NCBI RefSeq assembly: GCF_032062105.1
Contig: NW_026937737.1
Span: forward strand, 1-64,000
Source of the DNA: Saccostrea cucullata
Taxonomy: Eukaryota
Direction: 5' to 3'
DNA length: 64,000 nucleotides
Below are positions 13,520-26,498 of this stretch, one piece after another. The notes beneath the pieces were generated by a model. It did no database searches. It worked only from the letters and a program-made list of their open reading frames with translations, and had not been told where the DNA came from. Position 1 is the first letter of the stretch; the number at the start of each line of letters is the position of its first letter. A program made the translations under genes and the position numbers.

Positions 13520-13930
13520 GATACAGCACAAAATCAGCACAATTACATCCCTTGATTTTGGCTTTTAGACCATTTTAGAGAATATACGGGACATTGGCCA
13601 TGCAGATTACAAAGGGCCAATTAAGACACATGACACGCTCAATGACAACTGACAGCCGAGATTACGGTTTGCGTAGACAGGACTAACTGAATGGATATTG
13701 ATTGATTACGGGACGCAGTTTACATCAGGTAAATGCAAGTAGTTTGCACGATTGAACGGAATTAAGCATGCACTGGCACCTAACCATCCCTGGTCTACTG
13801 AATTTGCTAAGTTAGGCAATTAAATGCTAGGAAGTCGATGAGAAGCCGCACTCCTTTGAGCATAAGTTGGTAGATGTCCTTCTTAAATGCAGGATAACAC
13901 CATATACCAGAACGGGATCAGCTTTAAACT
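13520..13930 (+). pseudogene. Ancient Ty3/Gypsy integrase (rve) relic
   Basis: LHPL..RPF*RI..ADYKGP, DYGTQFTS, NGIKHALAPNHP, LLKCRITPYTRTG, spread across frames. Confidence 0.65.
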
Positions 13931-14863
13931 CGGGAGAGCGATGGCACACTGCTACATGACGATTACTCTACATTTAAATGGTGATCAGATGTATTGTACA
14001 AACGTGCAGTGTATATGAAGAATGAAAATGAAGATTTTCAATCTTTACAGATAAAGATAGCAATACCTACTCGTAACTTACTACGAAATTATATCCGCTT
14101 AACGAGAAAAATATTTGGTTATACTCTGCTATGTTAGGGAAGGTCAGAGTACACATTCCTTTTACGCCGAATTGGAAGTTTAATTGTGACGTCACTGAAA
14201 TTTAACAAGCCACAAAAATTAATCAACGACATGATTTTGCGTCAATAACAACTTGAATTTATTTACTTTATCGATTATGTATAAAATCTTGTAAAATTGT
14301 GATACTTGATAGCAATACAGTCGAGTACTAGAAGAAAGTCTTTCGTCAAATATGACGTCATAAGCCTTGACTTGACGCATCACAGGTATCCAGAGTACTA
14401 GATTAACTGGTTTTATAATTACAAGAATGCTTAAATAAATATGATACCATAGCTAATCTTTAAACCTAATCATTGAAACTAAAAGAAAATAATTTATTAA
14501 ATACAATGTGTATGGAATAAGAATTTATCTGGTAGCAATGGACCTGCACAGGGACAAGGAATGTAGAGAATATTCGCTAAAACGATGAAAGTATCTGTGA
14601 TGAACATCAAAATTGCAAGGGCATAAGCTATTTTGTTTGAGCTGAAATTTGGAATGTTTATTGCTTATTTAGTGTATATTTTGAAAAGTGCTGGGAGCTG
14701 ATCCTGGTCTGCATAAAATTATTTTTATTTATAACAGAATTTAAGCGAAGTGGAATTTTTTAGCTATTATAGGCATTTTCGGCAAATTTTTCAGTATGTA
14801 TTTCAGTATACAGCATGTAGTTCTGAAATTGAGTGCAATCTTTACCGTTTAAAGCTGAACACG

Positions 14864-15218
14864 CAGGGACGTAGTATCAGGGGGGGCCTGGCCCCCCCAC
14901 TTTTTTCCCCAACATTACCTTTACTATAGTAAATGTTCATTGAAAGGATGGTTGCCCCCCCCCCACTTATAACCATAATATAGTGATAGCAAGGATTGTA
15001 AGGAAAAAATTGGAAGTGATAGTAAGTTGGCTTTGAAAAAGTTGGCCACTACCCCCCCCCCCCCCCCCCCCCTGCCACGAAATAGGATTTTCGAGATTGG
15101 GCAACTTTAAAGTTTGGTTTTTTTTTTTTTTTTTTTTGCTTGTCAACTTTTTCAGGTAAGTAAAAAAAAAATTTCTCAGGTTGGCCCCCCCACTTTCAAA
15201 AACGATGCTACGTGCCTG
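14864..15218. mobile_element. MITE, same family as 11810-13351 (uninterrupted copy)
   Basis: CAGGGACGTAG...CTACGTGCCTG; TSD ACACG on both sides. Confidence 0.9.
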
Positions 15219-15924
15219 ACACGAACAGAAATTTGCTCGCCACATTCGATTAGACTCTTAAAATATAAGGACCTCTATAAGGCGGCTGATTTAGTCAATG
15301 TTCAGTTTAATCAGTCGTCATCGGTGCTTTAGAGCACTGGGTACCAACAACAATAACTACTTGCGTCTTCTCATACAAGAAAAGTAAGGTACCAAAGGGT
15401 CTTACAATAGTTGCACAGGTTAAGTGCAGTATACAAAATAACAAAAATTCATGCACAACAATAAAACACACACCTAGATAGTGCATGAGAATTAGTACGA
15501 ACACGAATTATTGGTATTCCACGCCAATACCAGTGACAATAAAAAAGGATTAACAAGTAACAAAGAGATACCCCAGTACTGATTTAGTCGATAGTAATAT
15601 CAAGAATGGCGTTTGCCAGTTTACATGTACATTAAACGAGTTGTATTCAGCTTAAATGCTGCTATGCACAGAGATATCGTCTAAGTATGACAATTTTCAA
15701 GGATCTGTGTGGGAGAGAAGAAATGGACATTCTTAACATGATAATGATTGTATTTAAGGTTAGTATGCATTGTAGCAGTAAAATGCTATATGAACAATAA
15801 TGTTGTAGGTATTGCAAATTCTATCGTAAAAATACAAGCAAGAAGAATTGTATCAGATATAAGTATCAAAAGTCAGAGAGAGGGCTGAAATATGTTTAAT
15901 ATGCTTCCCAATTTCCTATTCAAA

Positions 15925-16075
15925 GAGCACAAAGCTGTTGTGACCGGTCGCCATGGGATGCTAATTTCTCCATGGCACCTGATCCCACCTCTGATGTTTT
16001 GGAGGTCCGCGTTTGCTCTGCTCCTATTTTGTACTGTTTTATGGACTTTGATATTAAATTTTATTTGTTATCTTC
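15925..16075 (+). repeat. Penelope-associated tail repeat
   Basis: TGTGACCGGTC...GGCACCTGATCCCACCTCTG; inverted homolog at ~11345-11490. Confidence 0.65.
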
Positions 16076-16543
16076 ATATCCTTCTTTCACCTTAAAGTCA
16101 GTAAATAAAATATTGCTTAGATTAAATAATTTAGCATCAAAAATTGTTCAGTATGACAATGGGAGTTTCAGATCATCATAATAGAGAATGTTTATATCGG
16201 AATCAGGATAACTCGTCCCAAGACATTGTTAAGGACAACTCGAACCAAATTTAGGACAGCTCCTTCCTATTGCTTTTTCTTGTGAAATGCAAGGGAAATT
16301 AACTGTTATTCAATAAAGTACATTTATATGCAGAATTAGAGCATTATCAATATAAATTTACTATTTTTATAGCTAGTTTTTTTTAATGCATTTACATCAT
16401 ATTTTTGTTTAACAACATTTTATATGCATTAACACCAATCAAAGATTTATCATAATATCCATTATTCAATTTTTATTATTATTTTATTTTTCCGAAATAG
16501 AGTGAATGGTTGCTTTTTGACTTCTAGATTTTTAAAATTTATA

Positions 16544-17375
16544 TACTGACACGCAAAAGAAACGCAACAAGCAGTAATCTACAAATGTTTGATTTTTTTT
16601 ATCTAATGATTTTCAAAATTGAATACAGTTAGGCTAAACTCACTTATCAGAACATCAGAGATTTGATAAAAATGTTAAATGTTTATATTTTTATTTTACT
16701 AAGTAACATATGACTGTTTGAACACCCCCCTCCCAGCCATAAAAGTAAAACGTGCAAGACTGTCCTAAACAACAATTGCAGCTTAATTTCTACGATACAA
16801 TAGCTTAATCAATATCGAGATCTGAGCGAAGGAATTATTCTTTGCCATTTTTAAATACCCGTTTCTCAGATGATTAGGTCGAATTTTCTCTGACTAAGAG
16901 CAGTGTAGCCACCCTTGGACTTCCGGTACAAGGACTGTCCTTAATGCATATGATACGTTAGGCTATGTTCAGGTGTAATGTAGTGAATTTTTCCATCAGG
17001 AACTCATCATCAGCTTTACATTGAAATTTTCCAGCCAGAGCAATGGAAATGCATACTTAAGCCATTTTCAAGAAGCCTTAGCATCGTTACGGGAAACGAA
17101 AGGAGAGTTTATTTTTTGAAATATTACTACATTACTTATGATTAACAGTCAAAACCCTTAAAGCTCCATAATATTGCTAAATAATTTTTTAAACACGCAA
17201 TTTTTGATTTCTAAATAATTTTTTAAACACGCAATTTTTGATTGAAAAACTTGAAAATCGTTCACCGTAAAATTGCCAATTGAAGATATCCATAATTTAA
17301 AAGATACAAAATTCTTTACTTTACATAGTTATTTTCCCCTAAAGTAGGGTGTTGCGGTTCTTTTGCGTGTCAGCA
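16544..17375. mobile_element. Non-autonomous Tc1/mariner-like element
   Basis: TIR TACTGACACGCAAAAGAAACGCAACA / TGTTGCGGTTCTTTTGCGTGTCAGCA, flanked by TA. Confidence 0.8.
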
Positions 17376-18535
17376 TATTACTATAATATGTAATGAAATA
17401 TGTCACTTATGAAAAACAAATTGCTAATATGACCGAGGTTTTATTTATAAGGTATTCTCAATTTTTTTTATTTCTGTCCGACAGATCAGAAAAACGTATA
17501 AGGAAGTCATATTTCTGAATTCTGTGCACAAGGGATATTCACCTTTATTTATCGTTTAGAGGTCGTTGAACGAACAAATTTTGAAGATATAAAACCCTTC
17601 TTTCTATATGATAAAAAGGTAAATATTTATGTTTGCTTACACTCACTCTGCATCTTTGATGAAGAAAATTTCACATGATTTAATGCTATGAAAGTCATTT
17701 CGCACATTTAATCTTTAATTCTACTTTTACTTACGGTGCCTAAAGTCATCTTATGTCTAGATAGAAATAAATCCCGATATTCATAACGCACTATAAACAA
17801 TCGTATTATTTCTTGCACTTTAGGCTATCCAATGTGTTACTTCGGAATCTTCTTATAATGTCCATGAAGTAGAAAATGTCAACATCGGTTAATTAATATC
17901 CTTTACATAAAATTCGCTTTCTGATTTAAAGTTTGAAACAATAAAACTAATATTTATCGATTCCTAAAACGTACACATCATTAGTTTGATCAGTTGATAT
18001 ATATCATATCTCAACAATCTTCACAATTAAATAAATATATCAACAAAAAGAAGAAAAAATCTGTGTAAGTATTTCTTATGTATTTATTTCTTTTTTTAAA
18101 TTTTACGCTAGACTTGACTGTGCCGCTACAAAAGTTGGCGCGATTCAGTAAAACATTATACATGTATTAACTAAGTAATGTACATAACATTGAAAATTTT
18201 GTTTGCAAGTCATGTAAAATTTCGTGATGAGCATATTTTTTATCAGTGAGAAGGAAATATTTTTAGTTTTTTTTCCTTGTTTAAACAAAGGTAGAGACCA
18301 CACAATCTTCTTTCCACACACTAGATAAAGAAAACAGTTTCCGAGTAGCGGAAACACTACTGAAACTTTGCGGAAACTAAAGTGTACTTATAGCTTCCTC
18401 AAAGTTTCAATACTGAAATGACATATTGAGTAATCAGTAATTCTGAATATAAACTTGGTAAATTGTTTTTGAGGTGAATGTAACTTTAATTTTTTGCAGT
18501 AGCTAGAGGGACTTCTATTGTTAATAATACTCACG

Positions 18536-18571
18536 ATGTTCTATTTGTCTTTTGTGCCATATTTCCTGAAG
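18536..18571 (+). CDS. Cys-rich type I membrane protein, coding exon 1 (MFYLSFVPYFLK, start of signal peptide)
   Basis: ATG at 18536; donor AAG|GTAAAC; phase 0 joins exon 2 into a hydrophobic leader. Confidence 0.7.
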
Positions 18572-19113
18572 GTAAACACAACTTTAAAATATTTTTTATG
18601 CGAAATAATTCAGATCTTAAACAGAGAGTAAAAATGTAAGCCATAAAAAATTTAAGCTATTTGACTTCCATTATTAAATATCTCATTTTCTATTTTACAT
18701 GTCGTGTTTTTTTTTTTTGTTTTTGCTTTGTTTTGTTTTGCTGTGCATAAACTGGTATTCATAAATTTTAGTTCGGGTTTGACACTCTCTCTCTTCAAAT
18801 CTCCAAGCTGTATCTCAGATCTACAATTTGATAGAATAAGAGCATTATAAAATAAATTTTGATAAACAAATTCTTAGTAAAAAAAAAATCTAAGAAATAT
18901 TTAACATATTCACTGATTTTATTCCATTTTTATCGATGCATTCCTCTACTATGTTAACCTCATCCCAAACTAGCAGAACCATGGTAATATGCATCGGAAA
19001 ATTAAGGCAAAGCAGTTAATTGATTGTAAAAAAAAATGTGGTACACAAATCGTTAGAAATGCATAAAAGCATTGCTGCTTTCTATAATAATTTTATTTTT
19101 TATTTGTCCTTAG

Positions 19114-19372
19114 ATTTTAATAATATCAACATTTTTCATTGAACAAAAATGTTCTTTTGAGACGTCGAAAACGGCTTGCAGGGCCTCCCTTAATTCAACT
19201 TGCAGTGTATCGGAATGTCCACAAAATAAAGAAGAGTTTGAAGCGGCTGCGAGACGGAAAAAATGTCACCAGTTTAATTACGTAAATTGCAAACCTCTGA
19301 AATATCACTGTATTTTGAATGAAAATTTGACAGGATTAATTGAAGTATGTACCCCTCAACGGTATATTCAAT
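19114..19372 (+). CDS. Cys-rich type I membrane protein, exon 2
   Basis: TAG acceptor, GTAAGT donor; open frame ILIISTFF...CPQNKEEFEAAARRKKC...YHCILNENLTGLIEVCTPQRYIQ; paralogous exon at 7297. Confidence 0.9.
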
Positions 19373-19488
19373 GTAAGTGTATGATTTAATGTACAGTGTA
19401 CTCATCAAATATATATGTTTATTACAGCTGCTCAAATAGCTAACAATTCAAATTTAATAAAATATAAGTATACCATATTTTTTTACAG

Positions 19489-19608
19489 ATGGGCGGTGTG
19501 CTATATTTGAGGAAAGATTCCATGGCATTGGGATCACCTATAAACAAAACTGTACCTATTCTGATAACCCCTGTCCATCAATTTATAATTCAACAGAGTC
19601 GTATAAAT
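19489..19608 (+). CDS. Cys-rich type I membrane protein, exon 3
   Basis: TTTTACAG acceptor; phase 1-1; YGRCAIFEERFHGIGITYKQNCTYSDNPCPSIYNSTESYK. Confidence 0.88.
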
Positions 19609-19822
19609 GTAGGACCCCCCCCCCCCCAACATACCTGTACCTACGCTTTTACAATATACATATATAATCAGTTTTTTTAAAACATATATCGTAAATATCA
19701 TTAACATAAATGATTCCATGGAATAGCATCACATAACTGTTTCTTCATACCCTCCTTTAATATATTTTTATTCATATTTATATGTCTTCGTATTGAAAAG
19801 ATGTATATTATCCTTTCAATAG

Positions 19823-19877
19823 ATAGCCAATGCTTTAAATTGGTGAATAATTCCACTGGATTATATACAAAAACTAA
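19823..19877 (+). CDS. Cys-rich type I membrane protein, exon 4
   Basis: AATAG acceptor, GTAAGA donor; phase 1-2; YSQCFKLVNNSTGLYTKT. Confidence 0.8.
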
Positions 19878-22205
19878 GTAAGATCTTAAAAAAGACCCTG
19901 ATTACCTAGCGGTATTTCTTTCTGCTGAGATTAAGCTTCGCTTTGCTTCTCTTTGACAAGGCTTCAAAGATGTTGTTTTGACCAATGTGTGCCCGTCTTC
20001 TACATGTCAATCAACAATGAATCAACTTGTTAATTTGTTTTGAGAACCTTATCTTCAAATCTTTTAGGTATCTTCAAATTTACTTACTTTCATTCCTGAA
20101 TAAAATATATGCCCCTCTCAAGGATGGAATATTAAAGAAAAACAGATAAATAGGTGGAGAAATTTCTTTTAAAAAAATCCACTTCTTGGTCAGAAATGAA
20201 GAAACGGGTGCTATTCTATGCACGACGAAAATAACAATAAAAAATAAATTCGCCCTTATTCAGTGGAAAAAGGGTAAAAATAATAATGTGAAAATAATCT
20301 AAGAAACTGAGAAAGTTGGAATAGAGGAGTTTTACGAAGAGACTTACTTTTACAATCGACGACTGACTGAATTTAAACATAGACAAACTCCAATTACTAG
20401 AATGTAAAATTCAGGTGTCGAATGTAAAAGTAAGCCTCTTCATAAAACTCTAGAAGTAGATTAAATACAAAGATGGCGATCATAATGACAGGAAAGAAAT
20501 AAGAAACTTTATGAAAAAGTATTCTCTATTAAAGCTATCTTAAATAAGCAAACATAGGGATAAAAACTGTCAACCTAAAAGGAGATTATAGTTTATTAAG
20601 AAATGTAAAAAAGGAATTTTGAAAAAAAGTGTCAAAAAGGGAAAAAAGAGATGCTTAAAACGTAGATCTAGTAGATCAACTATCATTTGAAATAATGAAG
20701 CAATCAGACCATAAAGTATCGAATTCTAGAGGAGTGCAAATCAATTCACTCAAGAAGGAAACTGTATACCAAAAATAGAAGCAAGAAAAAAGTTATTATA
20801 ACTACTATTACATTAAAACTGTCATATCTTTTTTTTTCAAAATAGAGAAATAAAAGGAGTTGAAAAAAGACACATGAATGAAGGACTGGAGAACAAATGC
20901 TATAAAATAGGACAGCAAACTAAGGGAAGCATAGAGTTTTATTAATTCAAAAAAGCAAGAACTGATAGTTCAAGCAGAACACTACTCGTAAAAAGGCATA
21001 ATCCGCCATATTTCCCGTTCATCTACAACCCCTACAACCCTTATATAAGTAGCCTATATCTTAGCAGTTAAAGGTTTTTCGTATTACGATGAAAATTAGA
21101 GGTCAATTTATTATTTACAAACAGAAAATGAACATAAAAACTAGGAATATAAATGCAAAAAAACATATAAGACCACGAAAGAAATACTACATGTAAGCCA
21201 CGAGTTTCGAGTGTGCAATCGGGTGTAACGAATTCGAAGGCTTTATATACCCGTCTGACGGTGCCTATTTATTAGATGTGTTCAGCTTTCAACAATATAA
21301 TTATATATATTGATATTCCTCTTAGGCACTTCTTCCCGCCCCTCTGAAATCCCAGGGAATCGTGTATTTTGTCCTGCTCACAAATTTTTATTTTTGTAGA
21401 TTTTTCAATGTTCGTTATATCTTAAAGCTCCCTCTTGTCATCTGTGCATTATATATGTATACTGAAAGGTAAAACGCACGAGAACATATAATATTAAATA
21501 TATACATGATATATGCAGCTGAAAATCCTTACAAGTGGTCAGAGGTGAATTTTATTATCGTGCACAAAAATGGATGTTCAAAACTACTCAACCACAAAAC
21601 GTTTGATGTCAGGGAGTGAAAGTGGTAAAAAGTCAAAAACACGGGCTTATTTGTGACTTGTGATAATATTTTCTAGCTTCTGATTTAGTCGTAAAAGATA
21701 GCAAGAAAATAATACAAGAGAAAAAACTTTGCAGGGAGTACAATAATATACTTGTTTATATATGTCAATGCTAAATACACTAAGTTCCAATCACTAATTT
21801 TTACAGCACGGCAACTTGTTTTTGGCATCAAGCTTTATTGGTAAACAGCAATTCGTACCTTAATTTCTTACTGCAATTCATTAGGCCTCCACTGGCGGTG
21901 ATTTAATCATTAAACAGTAAAATGTAAAATTCCATTTCTAGTAAAGTTTCACTCTGCTTCATTCACAGAATAGAAACCTTTTTCACAAGTAACGTTGAGA
22001 TGAAAAACATAGAATGAAAAGTTATCATCTACTGGAATTTTTTTTTCATTTTTTTTATATATGCCATTGAAACCTGGAATGTTAAATATTACGTAAAATA
22101 CAAAGATATATCATGCCTTAATCATTGTAAAAAGAATCTTGGGATACACATGCTATATTAATTTCATTAAAGATTTTATCACTTTACAATCACTTCTAAT
22201 TTCAG

Positions 22206-22351
22206 AAATGACCACTGCAAAGTAAGTGAAAAGAAAACTAGCAGTTTTCCTATTTGGATAATTATAATCATCGTTGTCGTATTGTTTGTTGTGGCCGTGA
22301 CATTTGCACTGATCTACATCATATGTAGATACAAAAAGAACAAGAGAAACA
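22206..22351 (+). CDS. Cys-rich type I membrane protein, exon 5 (transmembrane helix)
   Basis: TTTCAG acceptor, GTAAGT donor; phase 2-1; FPIWIIIIIVVVLFVVAVTFALIYIIC followed by basic RYKKNKRN. Confidence 0.9.
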
Positions 22352-23674
22352 GTAAGTATATACATGTAGCTATCCATAGCAAATTTTATTCATGATTTTT
22401 TTTTTCTATAAGAGCATAATAAGCACCCTGCATACATTTTATAACATAATAATATTTCTTATGCATAGCATTCTTTAAAACAGAACTTTGATGAAATTTT
22501 CTCTCTCATAATTGTAACTTTTTTTTATTTTAAGAATTATTTACGTTTTTCATCCTTTTCCTTTTATTTAAGAAATTCATTTCCATATTCATTCTAGACA
22601 GGGAAAATGCATTCTTTATTTAAACTACCGTATAATCCCTATTCACCACAACAGGCGCTGGAAAAAATACAAAGGGTGCGGGGACGTATTTTAGTATTCT
22701 CTCTATCATATTTAATGTCAATTTTTAACTTCTAAAAATCTTTTTAAAAAGAAATTTAAAGAACCACTAAATAACGTTTAACTTTACTTTAAGTGAAAAT
22801 AATCCACCCAAATTCAGCTAAATGAATCATTTTCCATCAAGAAATTGGATTATATACAGGTTTCATTTTCACTTTTTTTCAAATTGTAGCTGACTTTTGA
22901 TTGCTTCTTGATGATTGTAATGACTTGTTGTTCAATTCAAGAGTCAGGATTGTTTTTCAATCTCGAATTGGCTATTATGATGTTGAACATTTAAAATTTA
23001 AATATCCTTATTCGTTTCACTTGTCCGATATGCAAATAATCAAACAATAACGAAAAATTATGTGTGAAACGCTCCCCTTATACGTCAGTAGACAGAGTTA
23101 CAATTAATGAATCGTGTTTATATTGGACGGGTACAAGTGATAAACAAGGACAAATTGAAGCTATTCTGCATGAATCTACAAGAGAAGTATGTCTACTAAA
23201 TGAATATTGCTGAGGGATTGTGTGAACTTTATCCATTTTTTGTATAAATCACTATAAAGAGTGGAAAATACCCCTTCTTATGTTGGTAAGTTGAACTACT
23301 CGTAAAATATTTTCTTAACGAGTAAAAATGAAACCTACCCCCAGCACTTTCTATGTCCAAGAGATCAGGATTAATTGATTTATGTAACAAATTTTGCACA
23401 GTATTTTTTGCTTTGCACTTGTGCCGAAGCAATTTTTAGCACAATCAGGAATATCTACGTCACATGATCAACACAGTCATGTGACATCACAAAAATGCTT
23501 TAAAATAAATCCTGATTTAACCATTATCTCAAGTTGACTGCAATTTCAAACAAGGATTACATATTTACTTAAAATCTAGCTCAAAATAAAAAGTATATTT
23601 TTTTTTAGGTTTTTTAAGCCCTCCGACAGCGTTATCCTAACTGCGTTCTTCATAACTGTTAACTATTGTATAAT

Positions 23675-23926
23675 CCTTCGTGATCGAGAGGCCCTGGTCC
23701 GATTCTCGTTCTCGGCGCTGCGTCAAACCTTAGACGTAAAAATAGGTAGCGACTGATCCTTCGCCAAGCGCTCGGCATCAGAAGTTAAAGTTACGGGTCT
23801 TTCGGATATGACCTTAAAACGTAAGTCCCGTATCACGGTAGGCGCTGGCATGATAACGAACCCTTACTGCTCAGTGGTCCTGAGTGCCGAGTATGGGTCT
23901 AAATTTGAAGCCCTTCACCGGCATAC

Positions 23927-23957
<31 letters not shown>

Positions 23958-23993
23958 AAGAGGGACGTTAAACAATAAACAATCAATCAATCT
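23675..23993 (+). mobile_element. tRNA-derived SINE (probably Meta + Deu domain type)
   Basis: Core CTTTCGGATATGACCTTAAAAC..GTCCCG resembles the Deu domain; (CAAT)n tail; three more relatives in the window; domain names assigned from memory. Confidence 0.8.
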
Positions 23994-24596
23994 AATTTAT
24001 AATGTGGGGAGATCGTAATGCTTTTGTGTAGAACATTTTCAATTGGAAAAAATCAATCCCACATGCAGGTGATCAATGCATACGTGTACATGTTGGCTAC
24101 ATTAATATACCATAGTTACACAGATGTATCAGTTTCCTTGGAGTCTTATTTCTAGTCCAGTGTGATATACATGTTCATATGTTTTGAATCACTGTTGCTG
24201 CAGCAGTAACTTCTGTCATAAGATAATCGATGTTCATCTGATAAAAACAAGCTTTCTTTTCGTATTGTTTTTTTAATCTGCTTCTTTGTAATAATAGAAA
24301 CAAATATCTAAGTGCTAATAACTGTAGTAACATGTAGTATCCAACAGAAAATAAGACGACCTTGCTTCTGAATACTATATTTATTCTCTTTGCTAACTTT
24401 GTTTTGAAATAAATTGGTTTAAAACAGACGAAAAAGTGAGAATTCCAAATTTGAAAACAATTACATTTATTGATAATGTATATGTTTTGAACACTTTAAA
24501 TTATACAAAAAAATGAATATATATAGAAAATCATGCATTTTAATTTTTAATTGTAACAAGTGTACGGAATCATTTTGAGTTTATTTTAAATAATAG

Positions 24597-24679
24597 AAAG
24601 AAGACAAGAGAAGAAGGATGCTAAAGATGGTACAGAGGATATTATGCTTCAGGAGATAGACTCACTATCTTTAAAATAG
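24597..24679 (+). CDS. Cys-rich type I membrane protein, exon 6 (cytoplasmic tail and stop)
   Basis: AATAG acceptor; phase 1; KRRQEKKDAKDGTEDIMLQEIDSLSLK*; conserved duplicate at 60190-60272. Confidence 0.78.
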
Positions 24680-24807
24680 AAAGGTGTTTCAAGTGGATTA
24701 ATTTTTCCTCCAATTCATTCATTTCATGTACATGTAACATTTAATTATTTTGATAAGAAACATTAACATTTTTTCTCTTTCTTTATAATTATCCTACTAA
24801 TATTTAA

Positions 24808-26498
24808 GATCGCGGAATATAAACTGGCACAATTGGAAATATACAGCTTACGTCATTTCCATCTGTTACAATCAAAACATTCAGTGATAGTCAATGAAAT
24901 GGGCGGGTACAATTCGACGCGGACGTTTGGAAAACATGGGATTGAAATTGCATATCATTTTCAATCCACCTCGGCTACGTTAGAAGGCACATTATTACTG
25001 ATTGATCCAGAAGACAAATAATTTCAATTTTGGTACAGTTTGATTTTTTTTGTCCAGTGTTTTAAATGAATAAATATATAAAGGACAAATATTTCATTTT
25101 TGTTTGGTAAATATATGTACAGTAAAATTTGTCTAATCCGGACTCTGAGTACTCCGGATCTTTGTCCATTCCGTCTTAAAAAGTTTAGACCCATGCACTT
25201 CTTTAACAAATTCATTATTTCCTTTAATCCGGCCACACATAATAACCTGAGTAACTTCAAATCAATTAACACCTTTCGTGGTGGATGTGATAATCCGTGT
25301 TTACATTAACATGATAAGTGCGATGAGACGAACTCATTGAAATGCGGCGGTGACACTGCCCACTTGAAAAACAAATATTAGGCTTATATGATTAAATTAC
25401 AATTTGGTATAACTCCTTTTACCACATTATTACATAAACACGAAAAATAGATGCACGCGATTTACGAATCAAAATATAAATCGGGATTGAAAATCGAACG
25501 CATTTGAAAATGGCGCCATAACACTGCGGGGGAAGACGTAATTTTTCACATGAAAATTAAAAGTCCAATCCAATAATTAGCACGTCGTAAATATTTGTGC
25601 ATTACTGTGCATACATTAAATGGGCTCTTTGACAAGCGAAACCCGGTCCGCTTGACATATATAGAAAGCCTATATTATGCGTGCCTGTAGATTTTGATTT
25701 TATAAGATAGCATTTCACCCGACTTTCAAACTTTGTGAACAAACAGAAAAATACAGTAAGTCATGCGAGAATATTTTATAATTTCTAGACTCCAAAATAT
25801 TGATTGATTTCATCATTTAATTGTATTTATATTATGTATATGATATACTTGTAAATAAACAACGAAATTTCAAAATTAATATTTTCCTGCATTTTTCCTG
25901 CACTCCGGATTCTGTCTAAACCGGCCAAATTTTATGGAACCGGCGGTAGCCGGTTTGGACAAATTATACTGTATATCTTTGTGTTGGTGTGTGTGTGTGT
26001 GGGGGGGGGGGGTGTAAGACGATTTTTAAATAAAGTTGTCCAACAGTTTTCAGTGAGAATAAGTATAAAACTCATGCACTCTTATAATCCTAAAATTAAA
26101 ATATATTGTCATGTTAAGCCATGACCTGACTCGACAATTTTTTTACCCCCCCCCCCTTCTAGAATCAAATATCTCCTGAAAAATAATTGTTTTGTATGAT
26201 CTTTCGAGTTCTTAAAATTATAAGCTAAAGCTCATATTAATGTGAACTTCAAACAATATGTATTTGGGAGTTGAATTATAGTTGATTTTTTGGATCATAC
26301 ATTCACTCTTTGCTTTGAAAACAGCTCAGGTGGATTGAAAATGAATTTTGATCTGCAATTTCAATCCCATGTTTTCCAAACGTCTGCGTCGAATTGTACC
26401 CGCCCATTTCGTTGTCTATCACTGAATGTTTTGATTGTAACAGATAGAAAGGACGTAAGCTGTATATTTCCAATTTTGCCAGTTAATGTTCCGCGGTC
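24808..26498. mobile_element. Long-TIR (~165 bp) non-autonomous DNA transposon
   Basis: 24808-24970 is the reverse complement of 26328-26498; TTAA/TTAT flanks; absent from the paralogous site at ~60400. Confidence 0.85.
25120..25971. mobile_element. pogo/Tc1-like MITE nested in the long-TIR element
   Basis: TA|CAGTAAAATTTGTCTAATCCGG ... CCGGTTTGGACAAATTATACTG|TA. Confidence 0.85.

Noticed and set aside
20100-21000. A-rich coding-like intronic stretch (viral or TE relic?)
   Set aside because: Multiple stops and no recognisable motif; part is explained by a ~50-bp inverted repeat at 20322-20455
22153-22377. Minus-strand 74-aa ORF with a signal-like start
   Set aside because: Antisense shadow of the transmembrane exon 22206-22351
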